NCBI GenBank assembly: GCA_039944855.1
Contig: JBDUXZ010000001.1
Coordinates: 2,568 to 66,567 of the forward strand
Length of the DNA: 64,000 nucleotides
DNA from: Rhodothermales bacterium
GTDB taxonomy: Bacteria > Bacteroidota > Rhodothermia > Rhodothermales > JANQRZ01
Direction of reading: 5' to 3'
Every line of letters starts with the position of its first letter. The first letter of the stretch is position 1. Shown here one piece after another: positions 1-9,982 of the stretch. The notes under the pieces were generated by a model. It saw only the letters and a program-made list of their open reading frames with translations, searched no databases and was not told where the DNA came from. A program made the position numbers and the translations under genes.

Positions 1-2
1 GC

Positions 3-2411
3 CGGGTCTCGTTCTGGGTGATGAACGATGTCGGGAACGTGCACACCTCGTCGGGCCGGCCGCCCATCGGGCTGGAGGTCCGCGCGCTGGCGTTCTCCTT
101 CGACGATGCCGACGCCGCCCTCGATCAGTCCACGCTCTACCGCTACGAGCTCGTGAACAAAGGCGGCGCACCGCTCGAGGAGGCCCGCTTCAGCCTCTTC
201 CTCGACCCCGACGTCGGCGGCGCGCTCGACGACTACGTGGGGAGCGACCCGGCGCGCGGGCTCGGCTTCGCTTACAACGCCGACGCCGACGACGACCTGT
301 ACGGCTCGCCCCCGCCCGCCGTCGGCGTGGACCTCTTCCAGGGGACGGGTTCCTTCGCGTACTACAGCAACGACGTCGGCGCGGCGACGGGGGACCCGAC
401 GTTCGGCGTGGGCGCGACGTACTACAACTACATGCGCGGGGTCTGGAGCGACGGCACGCCCATCACCGAGGGCGGCACGGGCTATCGCTCCGGCGGCCCC
501 GTGACTCCGTACGCCTTCCCCGGCGACCCCGAGGGCGAGGCGTTCTGGAGCGAGGTCAACGCCGACGGTGCAGGCGGTGACACCCCGCCCGACGACCGGC
601 GGTTCGTGCTCTCCGCCCCGTCGTTCGCCCTTGCCCCCGGTGCCTCGCAGACGTTCGACTTCGCGATCCTCTTCGCGACGGGCGCCGACCACCTCAACAG
701 CGTCACGGCGCTGAAGCAAGCGTCGGACCGGCTCCAGGCCCTCTACGACACGGGCGACCTCTACCGGGAGGCGAGCGAGGAGGCGAGCGTAGAGGTGGTC
801 GCGCCGCCCCAGACCGCGGCCGGGAGTGGGTTCTCCGTCGGCGTGGCCGTCACAGGGTTCGTCCCCACGGTGGCCGAGCTGCGGTACCGCCCCGTCGGGG
901 CGACGGGGTACGGGAGCACGCCGCTCACCGTGAGCGGCGACGGGTACGAGGGCGCCATCCCGAACGCGGCCGTCACCCTCCGCGGTGTCGAGTACTACGT
1001 GTTCCTCTCGAATGGGGCGCGGACGATCACCTTCCCCGCCGACGAGCCCGAGACGAACCCGCTCCGCGTCCGCGTCGGCGTCGCGCAGCAGGCGTCGAGC
1101 GTCATGCTGCCGGGCGATGCCAGCGCCGTCACCGCCTACCGTATGGTGTCGGTGCCGCTTGTGCTCGACGACCCCTCGCCCCTTGCCGTCTTCGGCGACG
1201 ATTACGGCGACTACGGCCCGACCTCGTGGCGGCTCCTGCGCTACCTCCCCCTCGCCGAGCGCTACGCCGAGTTCCCCGATCTCAACGCTGCCGTCGTGCC
1301 CGGTGCCGCCTTCTGGCTCGCCGCCTACGCCGAGGCGTCGGGATCCTTCGACGTCGAGAACGGGCTCTCGGTCGATGCCTCCGAACCGGTGCTCCTCACG
1401 CTCGCGCCGGGGTGGAACCAGATCGGTACCCCCTTCGCGTTCCCCGTCGCGTGGGACGCCGTGCTCGGGAGCGAAACCGATGGCATTCAGACGCCCGACT
1501 TTTGGGACGGGACGCAGTACGTAGAACGAGCCGTGCTCGACCCGTGGGTAGGCTACTTCGTGCTCAACGGCACGGAGGAGACCGTCACGCTTCGGGTGCC
1601 GCCGACCGAGGCGGGCCAGACGCGCTCGGCGACGCGGCCCGCAGCGAAAGAGGGCGAGGAGGGCTACCGCCTCCGCCTCCTCGCCGAAGCGCGGGACCGC
1701 GGCCTCCGGGATACGCAGAACCTGCTCGGCTTCGCCGACGGTGCGGCCGAGGGACGTGACCGCCTCGACCGCGCCGAGCCGCCGCCGATCACGACGCACC
1801 TCCGGCTGAGCGCCGTCGAGGACGGCGTTCGCCTCGGCCGCAGCTTCCGCCCCGCCGGCACCGACGGCGCCGCCTGGGAACTCGAAGTCACCGCCACGCC
1901 GGATGTGCTCGACGCCGGGCCGCTCGCGGTCCGCGTCGCGCTCGAAGAAGTCGGCGGGCGGCCGGACGGCTACGACGTGCACGTGCTCGACCTCGACCGC
2001 GAGGTGCCGCTGACGCTGCTCGAAAGCGCCTTCGAGCTCACGCTCAGCGCCGCGCGCCCGGTGCAGCGGCTCCGCCTCATCGCCGGGACCGACGGCTTCG
2101 CCGACGCCGCACGGGGGGGCATCTCCCTCGCCCCCGTCGCCTTCGCCCTCGCCCCGGCCTACCCCAACCCGTTCGCTGGCACGACCACGCTCGCCTACGA
2201 GCTCCCCGAGCCGGCCGACGTCACGCTCGACGTGTTCGACCTCCTCGGCCGCCGCGTGGCCGTCCTCGCCGACGGGGTGCAGGAGGCGGGGCGCTACACC
2301 GCGAGGTGGGACGGGACGGTGGCGGGGGCACCCGCGGCGAACGGGGTGTACGTCTACCGGCTCCGCGCCGGGGGCTTCACCGCCTCGCACAAGATGGTCC
2401 TCCTCCGCTAG
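3..2411 (+). CDS. secreted protein with T9SS (Por) C-terminal sorting domain; 5' end lies outside the window
   Basis: The reading frame is open from nt 3 with no stop, so the true start is upstream. The C-terminus (YPNPFAGTTTLAYELPEPADVTLDVFDLLGRRVAVL...GVYVYRLRAGGFTASHKMVLLR) has the same T9SS CTD pattern seen in two other proteins in this window. Confidence 0.8.
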   Translation, partial: RVSFWVMNDVGNVHTSSGRPPIGLEVRALAFSFDDADAALDQSTLYRYELVNKGGAPLEEARFSLFLDPDVGGALDDYVGSDPARGLGFAYNADADDDLYGSPPPAVGVDLFQGTGSFAYYSNDVGAATGDPTFGVGATYYNYMRGVWSDGTPITEGGTGYRSGGPVTPYAFPGDPEGEAFWSEVNADGAGGDTPPDDRRFVLSAPSFALAPGASQTFDFAILFATGADHLNSVTALKQASDRLQALYDTGDLYREASEEASVEVVAPPQTAAGSGFSVGVAVTGFVPTVAELRYRPVGATGYGSTPLTVSGDGYEGAIPNAAVTLRGVEYYVFLSNGARTITFPADEPETNPLRVRVGVAQQASSVMLPGDASAVTAYRMVSVPLVLDDPSPLAVFGDDYGDYGPTSWRLLRYLPLAERYAEFPDLNAAVVPGAAFWLAAYAEASGSFDVENGLSVDASEPVLLTLAPGWNQIGTPFAFPVAWDAVLGSETDGIQTPDFWDGTQYVERAVLDPWVGYFVLNGTEETVTLRVPPTEAGQTRSATRPAAKEGEEGYRLRLLAEARDRGLRDTQNLLGFADGAAEGRDRLDRAEPPPITTHLRLSAVEDGVRLGRSFRPAGTDGAAWELEVTATPDVLDAGPLAVRVALEEVGGRPDGYDVHVLDLDREVPLTLLESAFELTLSAARPVQRLRLIAGTDGFADAARGGISLAPVAFALAPAYPNPFAGTTTLAYELPEPADVTLDVFDLLGRRVAVLADGVQEAGRYTARWDGTVAGAPAANGVYVYRLRAGGFTASHKMVLLR

Positions 2412-2456
2412 CCGGCATCCCGTCCGCGCTCCGACCGGGCTCTCTCCTCTGAAACC

Positions 2457-3599
2457 GTGCTCCCGATGAATCGACTTCCGATGAACCGGCTCTGTCTCGT
2501 CCTCTTCCTCACGCTTCCGTTCGCGGCACCGCAGGCGCAGGTGGTCCCGTCCGGCGGGGAGGGCTCGCTCTACATCGGGAGCCAGCGGCCGCCGGTCCGG
2601 ATCACGACGGTGGGGACGTTCCAGCGCTACAGCGGCGCCCTCGCCGACGATGCGGACGAGGTCGAAGTGGCGGCGTTCTCGACGCCGTTCACCATCTTCG
2701 CTCCCGTCGCGCGCAACCTCGCGCTTAGCCTGCGCACGAGCTACACCTCGGTGGAGGGAAACGACCTCGCGGGGGTGAGCGGGCTGACGGACACGCAGGC
2801 CACGCTCAGCTACTTCCGGCCGCTCGGGCCGGGGAGCGCCGTCGTGAGCGCGAGCGCGAACCTCCCGAGCGGGACGACGGAGCTGAAGCCGGACGAGGCG
2901 GCGACGGCCTTCCTCGTGGGGCAGAACTTCTACGGCTTCCGGCTGCCGAGCCTCGGGCAGGGCCTCAACGCCGCCGCCGGGCTGACCTATGCCTTCCCCC
3001 TCGGCGAGGCCGTCGTGGTCGGGCTCGGCGCGGCGTACCAGGTCCGCGGCGCTTACGCCCCGACCGTGGGCGCCGACGATTACGACCCCGGCGACGAGCT
3101 CCTCCTCACGGGCGGGTTCGACTACGGCCTCGGGCCGGCCTCGTCGCTCGCGCTCGACGTGACGTACGCGATCTACGGCGCCGACGCCTCCGGCGACCTC
3201 GCGTTCGAAAGCGGGAACGCGCTTTCCGTCACGACGAAGTGGACGGGCGAGGTCGGCCGCCGCCGGGCGAGCCTGCTCGGGCGCTTCCGCTCGAAGGGGG
3301 GGACCGAAGTGGCGGAGGATCCCGGGGTCCGGCTCGGGCAGGACCCGGTGATCCCGACGCAGGGGCGGGTGCTCGGGGACGTCCAGCTCGTCGGCGGGGG
3401 GCGGCTCGGGCTCGGGGTGTTCGCCCAGGGTCGGTTCTACGCTGCGAGCGACCTGTTCACCGAAAAGGTGGTCTTCGACGTCGGCGCGGCGCCGTCCTTC
3501 CGGGTGCTGCCGAACGCGACGCTCCTCACGCGGTTCGCTGTGACGTTCGGGGACCTCGCCGGGTTCGAGGCCAGCGGTGGGCTGTCCTGGGAGCTGTGA
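2457..3599 (+). CDS. putative outer-membrane beta-barrel protein (hypothetical)
   Basis: There is an N-terminal signal peptide (LCLVLFLTLPFAAPQAQ). The sequence is Gly/Ala/Tyr-rich with alternating beta-strand-like character and no cytoplasmic motifs. The start is ambiguous (GTG 2457, ATG 2466 or ATG 2481) because a 15-nt duplication encodes PMNRL twice. Confidence 0.6.
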   Translation: MLPMNRLPMNRLCLVLFLTLPFAAPQAQVVPSGGEGSLYIGSQRPPVRITTVGTFQRYSGALADDADEVEVAAFSTPFTIFAPVARNLALSLRTSYTSVEGNDLAGVSGLTDTQATLSYFRPLGPGSAVVSASANLPSGTTELKPDEAATAFLVGQNFYGFRLPSLGQGLNAAAGLTYAFPLGEAVVVGLGAAYQVRGAYAPTVGADDYDPGDELLLTGGFDYGLGPASSLALDVTYAIYGADASGDLAFESGNALSVTTKWTGEVGRRRASLLGRFRSKGGTEVAEDPGVRLGQDPVIPTQGRVLGDVQLVGGGRLGLGVFAQGRFYAASDLFTEKVVFDVGAAPSFRVLPNATLLTRFAVTFGDLAGFEASGGLSWEL

Positions 3600-3889
3600 G
3601 TTCTGAGAGCTAGGCCGAGAATCATGGCTTTGGAAGGAATCCCTCTCCATAGCTGATCAGCAGGCCCCCGACGCCGCCGTGCAGGGCGGGCCGTTGCGCC
3701 CGCCTCGGCCGAGGCCGTCGCCCGCGCCTTCCAAGACGCCCGCCGCACGGACATCACCGCGCTGCTCGAGACGCTCGTCGAACTCGGCCAGGCGCGCGCC
3801 ACCGAGGCCCGGAGTGAACACAATGAACGACCGCAAGCGTGGCGAGGGGTCCAAGCGGGGGATCCCGCTCCGCTCACCGCACGATCCGC

Positions 3890-6800
3890 TCACCGCACGA
3901 GGAGCACGCGGCGCGTTGCGGCGGCGGCGTCCGTGGAGAGGCGGACGAGGTAGGTCCCGCTCGGGAGCCCAGCCGCGTCCCAGCGGACCTCGTGGTGGCC
4001 GGCGGGCTGGAGCCCGCTCAGGAGACGGGCCACGCGGCGGCCGAGCACGTCGTAGACCGTCAGCTCTACATCCGCGGGCGCGGGGAGCGCGACGCCGAAC
4101 GTCGTCGCCTCGCGGAACGGGTTGGGGTAGGCCGCCTCCAGCGCGAAGGCGAGTGGGAGCATGGCATCACCTTCGGACGGCACGTCGACGCCGACGCCGA
4201 AGCGGCCCTCCGCCGCCGGGCCGCCGTTGTAAGCGGTGTCCACGGCGCGGACGCGCCATGTGTAGACGCCCTCGGGGAGCCCGCTCAGCGTCCATTCCGT
4301 CGCGGCGCGGATGGTGCCCGGCTCGGGCAGGCGGCGCGGCGTGGCGACGGGGACGCCGTCGCGGTAGAGCTCAAGGTCGTAGGTCAGCGCGGAGGCGGGC
4401 GTGCTGTCGTCCGTCGCCGGGTTCCACGCGAGCGTGACGGTGCCCGTCTCGTCGTCGACGGTCGCCTGCATCCCGGAAGGCCGGGTCGGCGCGGCGTTCG
4501 AGCCCGTAGCGTCGTAGCGGTAGAGGTGCATCTGCGCCTCGACGAGGCCGTTCCCGCCGGGCACCCAGTAGTCGCCCGCGATGAAGTAGTCGAGGTCGCC
4601 CTCGCCGTCGATGTCGAGCCAGGAGAACGTGCCGCCGCGCGTGCCGGACGAGCGGGGCGCGGGGAGGTCGTCGCCGGCGTCGGTGAACGTGCCGTTGTCG
4701 TTGACGTAGATCCGGGCGCGGCCTTCGATCTGCCCGGTGCCGGGGTTGTGCGTGCCGGTGAGGAGGATGTCGATGTCGCCGTCCGAGTCGTAGTCGGCCC
4801 ACGTCGCGGCGGTGAAGTCGAACCAGCCCTCGCACGGGATGCACTCGATGACGTCGAACGGGGTGAAAACGTCGGCGTCGTTCTCGTAGATGCGGAGGGC
4901 GCGGTGCGTGAACGTCCCGTCCTTCTCGCCGAGGTTGCCGGCGATGAGGAAGTCGTAGTCGCCGTCGTTATCGTAGTCGCCCCACTGCGCCTCGCCGTGC
5001 TCGATCGTGAGGTCGCCGAGCACGTTCTCGCCGACGAACACGCCGCCGCCGTCGTTGCGGTAGCGGCGGATGAAGCCGTTCGGGGTGAGCGGGGCGAGGT
5101 GGACGAGGAGGAGGTCGAGGTCACCATCGGCGTCATAGTCGGCCCAGAGGCTCTGCGCGTGACGGGTGGGGGCGAACGTCGAGTCGGTCTCGGTGAACGT
5201 GAACCCGCCCGCGCCGTCAGGGCCGTCATTGCGGAGGAGCGCCGTGCGGTGGCGGAACGAGCCGGAGTCGTAAACGGAGGGGAGGAGGAGGTCGGGGTCG
5301 CCGTCGTTGTCGTAGTCGGCGAGCGTGATCGACTGGAGGTCGAAGTCGGCCTGGTCGTTGTCCTCGTAGTAGCCCGGCAGGCCAGAATCGGTGGCGACGA
5401 GCGTGCCGCCGTCGTTCCGGTAGATCACCGTCTCGCCGTCGGTGCCGACGACGAGGTCCTGGTCGCCGTCCCCGTCGAGGTCGCCCCACGCGAGGTCGGA
5501 CGCGCCCGTCGTGAGGTCCCCGAGGGGCACGTCGATGTACTCGAAGTCCCACGCTTCGGGCGAGGCCTCGCCGTCGTTGCGGAGGAGCACGAGCCGCTCC
5601 ACCACGCTCTCGCCGTAGACGACGTAGAAGCCGAGCACGGCGATGTCGAGGTCGCCGTCGCCGTCGTAGTCGGCGGGGGCCGTTGTCGCCACCCAGAAGT
5701 CCTCGTCCTGGGGCGTCACGAAGAGCGGGTCGAGTGGGGTGACCTCGGTGAAGTCACCGAAGGTGCCCCCCGGGCCGGACTGGACGACGATGACCCGGCC
5801 GCCCTGGCCCGTCGCGCCGACGTCGTCGGTGACGGTCAGGCGGACGATGTAGGTGTCGGCCTCGACGAAGGTATGCGTGGGGTTCTGCTCCGTCGAGGTG
5901 GAGTCGGGCGTGCTATCCCCGAAGTCCCAGAACCAGTCGACGACGGTGCCGTCGGGATCGGTGCTGGTGTCGGTGAACGTGACGGTGAACCCCGTGGCTT
6001 CGAACTCGAAGGACGCCACGGGCGGCCGGTTGAGTGGGGGCGGGGGCGGGCCCGTGAAGTGCTCGATGGCGCCCTGCCACCCCACCACCCACGCGTCTCC
6101 CGCCGGCGTGGCGGCGATCGCCGAGAACGAACTGAGCGCTCCTTGCCCGATCTCGAGCACGGCCCAGGTCTGGCCGCCCGTGGCCGAGTAGTAAACAGTA
6201 TCGTCGTTTGTGCTGACCCACAGTTCGTCGGGGCCGAGGAGGTAGACGTCGGTGAGTTGGACGTCGGTATCGGCCGGGATCGGTAGGATGTCCCACGACA
6301 CGCCCCCGTCCTCGCTGCGCGCGGCGTAGCCGTACCAGCCCACGGCGTACCCTACGTTCTCATCGGCGAAGTCCATGTCGCGGATCTGCTGGCTGGTGCT
6401 CGTCGGGAGCTCGCCCTGCGTCCACGTCGCGCCGCCGTCATGGCTGTAGTAGTAGCGCCCGCTCGTGTTGGCGGCCCAGCCATGCGTGCCCTCGATATCC
6501 ACGGCGACGTACGCCCCTCCGAACCCCGGCACGGGCGTCCACGTCGCGCCGCCGTCGGTGGTGTGGAAGAGGGCCCGGCCGATGGCGCCCGACCCGATCA
6601 CCCACCCGTCGAGCTCCGACGTGAAGTGGACGTCGGAGGCGTCGAGGTTGGCAGGCGCAGCGGCGGCCGCGTTCCACGACGCGCCTCCGTCGGCGCTCTG
6701 GTAGACGAGCCCGTCCTCGTCGACGGTGGCGACGCGCTCGCTGTCGACGGCCTGGACGGCCACCAGGTCCAGCGATGTGAACGGCGCGACCTGCCGCCAC

Positions 6801-7996
6801 GGCGCGTCTCCCGTCTTGGTCAGTACAACTCCGTTATCCCCGACGGTGATCAGGCGGCCATCGGCGAAGCGGTCCACGTCGGCGAGGTGGGAGCCGGTGC
6901 CGCTGCTGATCTGCGTCCAACTGGCCCCGCCGTCGGTGGTCTTGATGACGAAGCCGTTCCCGTACCCGAAGTAGCCTGTCTGTGCATCGGCGAACGCGGG
7001 CCGGCCGCCGTTGAAGAAGGTCGGCCGGGGGCCGAGGGATGCGAACGACTGTGTCCACGTCTGCCCGGCGTCGGTAGAATAGTGCATGCTGCCCTGGAGG
7101 TCACTCGCAACGACGGCCGGCACGGCCGGCACGGCGAACCCACCGACGCCCTGCGGGATCACCTCGCCGAGGTCGGTCCACGACTGGCCGCCGTCGGCAG
7201 AGCGGAGGACGCGGTCGTCGTAGTTCTGGAACGGGCCGGTCCGTCCCCAGGCCAGCACCACGTCGGAGGTGACGGCCTGAAGCCGGGTACGGCCGAGGGC
7301 CGTAGTCCCGACGGCCGTCCACGTCTGGCCGCCGTCTACGGAGCGGAGGAACGCGTCTTCGGCGATGGCCACGGCGGTGGTGGCGTCGAGGAACGTGACG
7401 GCGCTCACGGTGTCCGCATAGACCTGCGAGAAGGTGTCCCCGCCGTCGGCCGTGCGGTAGAGGCCCGCTGTCGAGACCCCGAGCCCTGTCTGGCCGTCGG
7501 CGAAGTCGAAGGCGACGATCGCATGCGGGGCGTCCTCCCACGAGAGGCCCCCGTCCCGGCTGATCCATGCTTCGCCGTTGGTCGAGGCGAAGCCGAAGCT
7601 CGGCGAGTAGAACGCCATGAAGTAGGTCGAGCCCAGCACGGGGAGTTCCTCCCACGTCGTGCCGCCGTCGGTGGTCCGGTAGTTCCGGTTGCCGTAGGCC
7701 CAGCCGAGCTGGCTGTCCAGGAAGAAGACGCCGTGGAGGGGGTCGTGGAGGTTGAAGGGGACGTCCCGCTGCGTCCAGGTCGCGCCGCCGTCGGCCGATT
7801 CAAAGAGGGCGCCTCCGTCATCGAACGAGTCGTCCGAGGTGGCGAGGAACACGCGTTGTGGGGTGGGAGCCCCTACCCCGCGTACGTCCAGGGCGGTAGG
7901 GATCGGACTCTCCGTGGTCCACTGCGCGAGGGCGTGCGGCCCGAGGAATACGCTGAGGAGGAGAACGAGGGTGGAGGGGGCGTAGAGGTGGCGCAT
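3890..7996 (-). CDS. 1368-aa secreted multidomain protein: BNR/Asp-box beta-propellers + PKD + FG-GAP/VCBS repeats + Fn3 + T9SS CTD
   Basis: Signal peptide MRHLYAPSTLVLLLSVFLGPHALAQ. There are 13 SxDxGxTW-type Asp boxes (e.g. SADGGATWTQ, TTDGGTTWEE, SHDGGATWTQ). The PKD-like segment reads FTDTSTDPDGTVVDWFWDFGD. Seven DxDxDGxxD FG-GAP-like repeats are present (ADYDGDGDLDIAV, GDYDNDGDYDFLI and others). The C-terminus is a T9SS CTD (YPNPFREATTFGVALPAPADVELTVYDVLGRRV). Confidence 0.85.
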   Translation of the reverse strand: MRHLYAPSTLVLLLSVFLGPHALAQWTTESPIPTALDVRGVGAPTPQRVFLATSDDSFDDGGALFESADGGATWTQRDVPFNLHDPLHGVFFLDSQLGWAYGNRNYRTTDGGTTWEELPVLGSTYFMAFYSPSFGFASTNGEAWISRDGGLSWEDAPHAIVAFDFADGQTGLGVSTAGLYRTADGGDTFSQVYADTVSAVTFLDATTAVAIAEDAFLRSVDGGQTWTAVGTTALGRTRLQAVTSDVVLAWGRTGPFQNYDDRVLRSADGGQSWTDLGEVIPQGVGGFAVPAVPAVVASDLQGSMHYSTDAGQTWTQSFASLGPRPTFFNGGRPAFADAQTGYFGYGNGFVIKTTDGGASWTQISSGTGSHLADVDRFADGRLITVGDNGVVLTKTGDAPWRQVAPFTSLDLVAVQAVDSERVATVDEDGLVYQSADGGASWNAAAAAPANLDASDVHFTSELDGWVIGSGAIGRALFHTTDGGATWTPVPGFGGAYVAVDIEGTHGWAANTSGRYYYSHDGGATWTQGELPTSTSQQIRDMDFADENVGYAVGWYGYAARSEDGGVSWDILPIPADTDVQLTDVYLLGPDELWVSTNDDTVYYSATGGQTWAVLEIGQGALSSFSAIAATPAGDAWVVGWQGAIEHFTGPPPPPLNRPPVASFEFEATGFTVTFTDTSTDPDGTVVDWFWDFGDSTPDSTSTEQNPTHTFVEADTYIVRLTVTDDVGATGQGGRVIVVQSGPGGTFGDFTEVTPLDPLFVTPQDEDFWVATTAPADYDGDGDLDIAVLGFYVVYGESVVERLVLLRNDGEASPEAWDFEYIDVPLGDLTTGASDLAWGDLDGDGDQDLVVGTDGETVIYRNDGGTLVATDSGLPGYYEDNDQADFDLQSITLADYDNDGDPDLLLPSVYDSGSFRHRTALLRNDGPDGAGGFTFTETDSTFAPTRHAQSLWADYDADGDLDLLLVHLAPLTPNGFIRRYRNDGGGVFVGENVLGDLTIEHGEAQWGDYDNDGDYDFLIAGNLGEKDGTFTHRALRIYENDADVFTPFDVIECIPCEGWFDFTAATWADYDSDGDIDILLTGTHNPGTGQIEGRARIYVNDNGTFTDAGDDLPAPRSSGTRGGTFSWLDIDGEGDLDYFIAGDYWVPGGNGLVEAQMHLYRYDATGSNAAPTRPSGMQATVDDETGTVTLAWNPATDDSTPASALTYDLELYRDGVPVATPRRLPEPGTIRAATEWTLSGLPEGVYTWRVRAVDTAYNGGPAAEGRFGVGVDVPSEGDAMLPLAFALEAAYPNPFREATTFGVALPAPADVELTVYDVLGRRVARLLSGLQPAGHHEVRWDAAGLPSGTYLVRLSTDAAAATRRVLLVR

Positions 7997-8285
7997 GAGC
8001 GCGGGGGCCGGTGGCGAAGCGGAGGGGTTAGCTTTAGTACTCCAAATGGGATGCCGGGTTTTTATGAGGGCTCCAGCTTATGACCTACCAGGGGCCAGCC
8101 AGCAGGAGAAGAGGCCAGCCGGACCTCCGCTCGGGTGTGCACCGTGCGCACCCTGCGCATCCCATGCGCAGCGTGCAGAGAGGCGTGGTAGCGATGGGGG
8201 AGGGGCGGCCAGAGACGGGGCGCGGGATCGGCGAGCCAACCGGTTCGCCGATGAGGACATGGGAGCGTTCGCCCCAAAGACAGAA

Positions 8286-8319
8286 GGGCCCCGGTCGACG
8301 CTAACGTCGACCGGGGCCC
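8286..8319 (-). terminator. 15-bp perfect hairpin downstream of tRNA-Arg
   Basis: GGGCCCCGGTCGACG-CTAA-CGTCGACCGGGGCCC, followed on the minus strand by the T-rich run TTCTGTCTTTGG. Confidence 0.6.
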
Positions 8320-8326
8320 TTCCAGG

Positions 8327-8400
8327 TACGCCCGAGAGGATTCGAACCTCTGGCCTCCAGAACCGGAATCTGGCGCTCTATCCAGCTGAGCTACGGGCGC
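8327..8400 (-). tRNA. tRNA-Arg (anticodon CCG)
   Basis: The reverse complement folds by hand as a 74-nt cloverleaf: GCGCCCG TA GCTC AGCTGGATA GAGC G CCAGA TTCCGGT TCTGG AGGCC AGAGG TTCGAAT CCTCT CGGGCGT A. The anticodon loop is TT-CCG-GT, and CCA is not fully encoded. Confidence 0.9.
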
Positions 8401-8581
8401 GCTTGAGAATCCCAAGCTACGCACGGTCCGGCGGCGGAATCAACCGCGCCGGGGGGATAATCGGTGAACCCGGAGCCCGAGCTAGAGGGCGGGGAGCCGG
8501 GGCGGCATGGGATTTTCACGGACCCGCACCCGACGCGCAGCGTTCGCTCATTTCGTATCGCTCTCATTCTCCCCGCCTCGC

Positions 8582-9913
8582 ATGCCCGTTACCGTGACCG
8601 CTGTCGAACCGGGCTCACTCGCCGATGACCTCGGCTGGGCCACCGGCGACCAGATCCTCGCCATCAACGGCGAGTCGGTTCAGGACGAGCTCGACCTCCG
8701 CTTCAAGGCGGCCGAGGAGCGCTTCGTCGTGAAGGTGCGGATGGCGGGCGGGCTCCGCGAGCAGTCGGTCTCGCGCGACCTCGACGAGCCGCTCGGCGCG
8801 GCGTTCGAGGAGTTCCGCATCAAGACCTGCGGCGACGACTGCGTGTTCTGCTTCGTCGACCAGAACCCCGTCGGGCTCCGCGACACGCTCTACTTCCGCG
8901 ACGGCGACTTCCGCATGTCGTTCCTCTACGGGAACTACATCACGATGACGAACCTCCGTGACCGCGACATGCAGCGGATCGTGGAGCAGCGGCTGAGCCC
9001 GCTCTACATCTCGGTCCACTGCACGACGGACGAGATCCGCCGCCGCATGATGGGCCACCGCACGCAGCAGGACCGGCTGATGGAGAAGATGGATTTCCTC
9101 CGCCGCCGGGGCATCGACATGCACGCCCAGGTCGTCCTCGTCCCCGGCTTCAACGACGGCGACGCGCTCGTCAAAACCGTCGAGGATCTGTACGCTATGA
9201 ACGACCGGATGCTGTCGCTCTCGATCGTGCCCGTCGGGCTGACGCGGCACCGGCGCGAGCTGACCGACCTTCGCACGCTCACGCAGGACGAGGCGCTAGC
9301 GCTCGTCGGACGGGTCGAGGCGTGGCAGGCGCGGTTCCGCGACGAGATCGGCCGCGGCTTCGTCTACCTCTCCGATGAGATGTACCTCCTCGCTGGGCTC
9401 GACTTCCCCGACGAGGACGACTACGACGGCTACCCGCTGATGGAGAACGGCGTCGGGATGAGCCGCGACTTCCTAAACGAGCTCGACTACCAGCGCGAAT
9501 TCTTCCCGGCGTCGCTCCCCGAGCCGCGCCGGCTCACGCTCGTCTCCGGCACGCTGACGGCTCCGCTCCTCGAAGAGCGCATCGCGCCCGTCCTCCGCGA
9601 GGTTGAGAACCTGGACGTGGATGTCGTCACGGCGGAGAACACGCTCTTCGGGGACTCGGTGACGGTGAGCGGGCTGCTGAACTTCAAGAGCTTCCTCGCC
9701 GCGCTCCGGCCGCTCGCCGACGCGGGGCGGCTCGGCGACCTCGTCGTGCTTCCGCCGGACTGCGTTAATTTCGAGGGGCTCTTCCTCGACAACCGCGACG
9801 GCCAGAACACGCCTGACGATCTCTCGGCCGCCCTCGGCGGCGTGCCCGTCGAGGTGTTCGGCGGCGACTGGTCCGAGGTCATCGAACGGCTCGGCGACCT
9901 CGTCCCGTGCTGA
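8582..9913 (+). CDS. PDZ-domain radical-SAM-like protein (DUF512 family)
   Basis: An N-terminal PDZ-like segment (VEPGSLADDLGWATGDQILAINGESV) is followed by a Cys cluster (CGDDCVFCFVDQ) and a DUF512-like C-terminal half. The ATG at 8582 is preferred over the track start at 8507. Confidence 0.7.
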   Translation: MPVTVTAVEPGSLADDLGWATGDQILAINGESVQDELDLRFKAAEERFVVKVRMAGGLREQSVSRDLDEPLGAAFEEFRIKTCGDDCVFCFVDQNPVGLRDTLYFRDGDFRMSFLYGNYITMTNLRDRDMQRIVEQRLSPLYISVHCTTDEIRRRMMGHRTQQDRLMEKMDFLRRRGIDMHAQVVLVPGFNDGDALVKTVEDLYAMNDRMLSLSIVPVGLTRHRRELTDLRTLTQDEALALVGRVEAWQARFRDEIGRGFVYLSDEMYLLAGLDFPDEDDYDGYPLMENGVGMSRDFLNELDYQREFFPASLPEPRRLTLVSGTLTAPLLEERIAPVLREVENLDVDVVTAENTLFGDSVTVSGLLNFKSFLAALRPLADAGRLGDLVVLPPDCVNFEGLFLDNRDGQNTPDDLSAALGGVPVEVFGGDWSEVIERLGDLVPC

Positions 9914-9982
9914 GCACCGCGCGCGGCGCATGCGTGCTGCGGGCCGGCACGCGGCCTGCCTCTCTACCCCGACCCAGTCTCC

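Noticed and set aside
3600-3889. A 290-bp gap between convergent genes contains a stop-free frame that reads like protein (…EAVARAFQDARRTDITALLETLVELGQARATEARSEH…).
   Set aside because: There is no ATG, GTG or TTG start in that frame after the preceding stop at 3654, and no motif was recognised. It could be a decayed gene remnant, but that cannot be supported from the sequence alone.
3870-3900. A 15-nt direct duplication CCGCTCACCGCACGA occurs twice, spanning the stop codon of the 1368-aa gene. A similar 15-nt duplication at 2463-2492 encodes PMNRL twice.
   Set aside because: These are short slippage-type duplications with only two copies and no array structure. They are most simply replication scars. 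They matter only for start-codon ambiguity at 2457/2466/2481.
3839-6286. An 815-aa plus-strand ORF, along with similar long ORFs such as 20054..22747(-), 22850..25573(-), 41264..43285(-), 12637..14475(-), 9473..10384(-), 35052..36302(-) and 54934..56576(-).
   Set aside because: These lie antisense to, or out of frame with, genes that have clear domain signatures. Their translations are dominated by Arg/Ala/Gly/Pro/Glu/Val low-complexity sequence with no motifs. Stop-free shadow frames of this kind are expected in DNA that is about two-thirds G+C.
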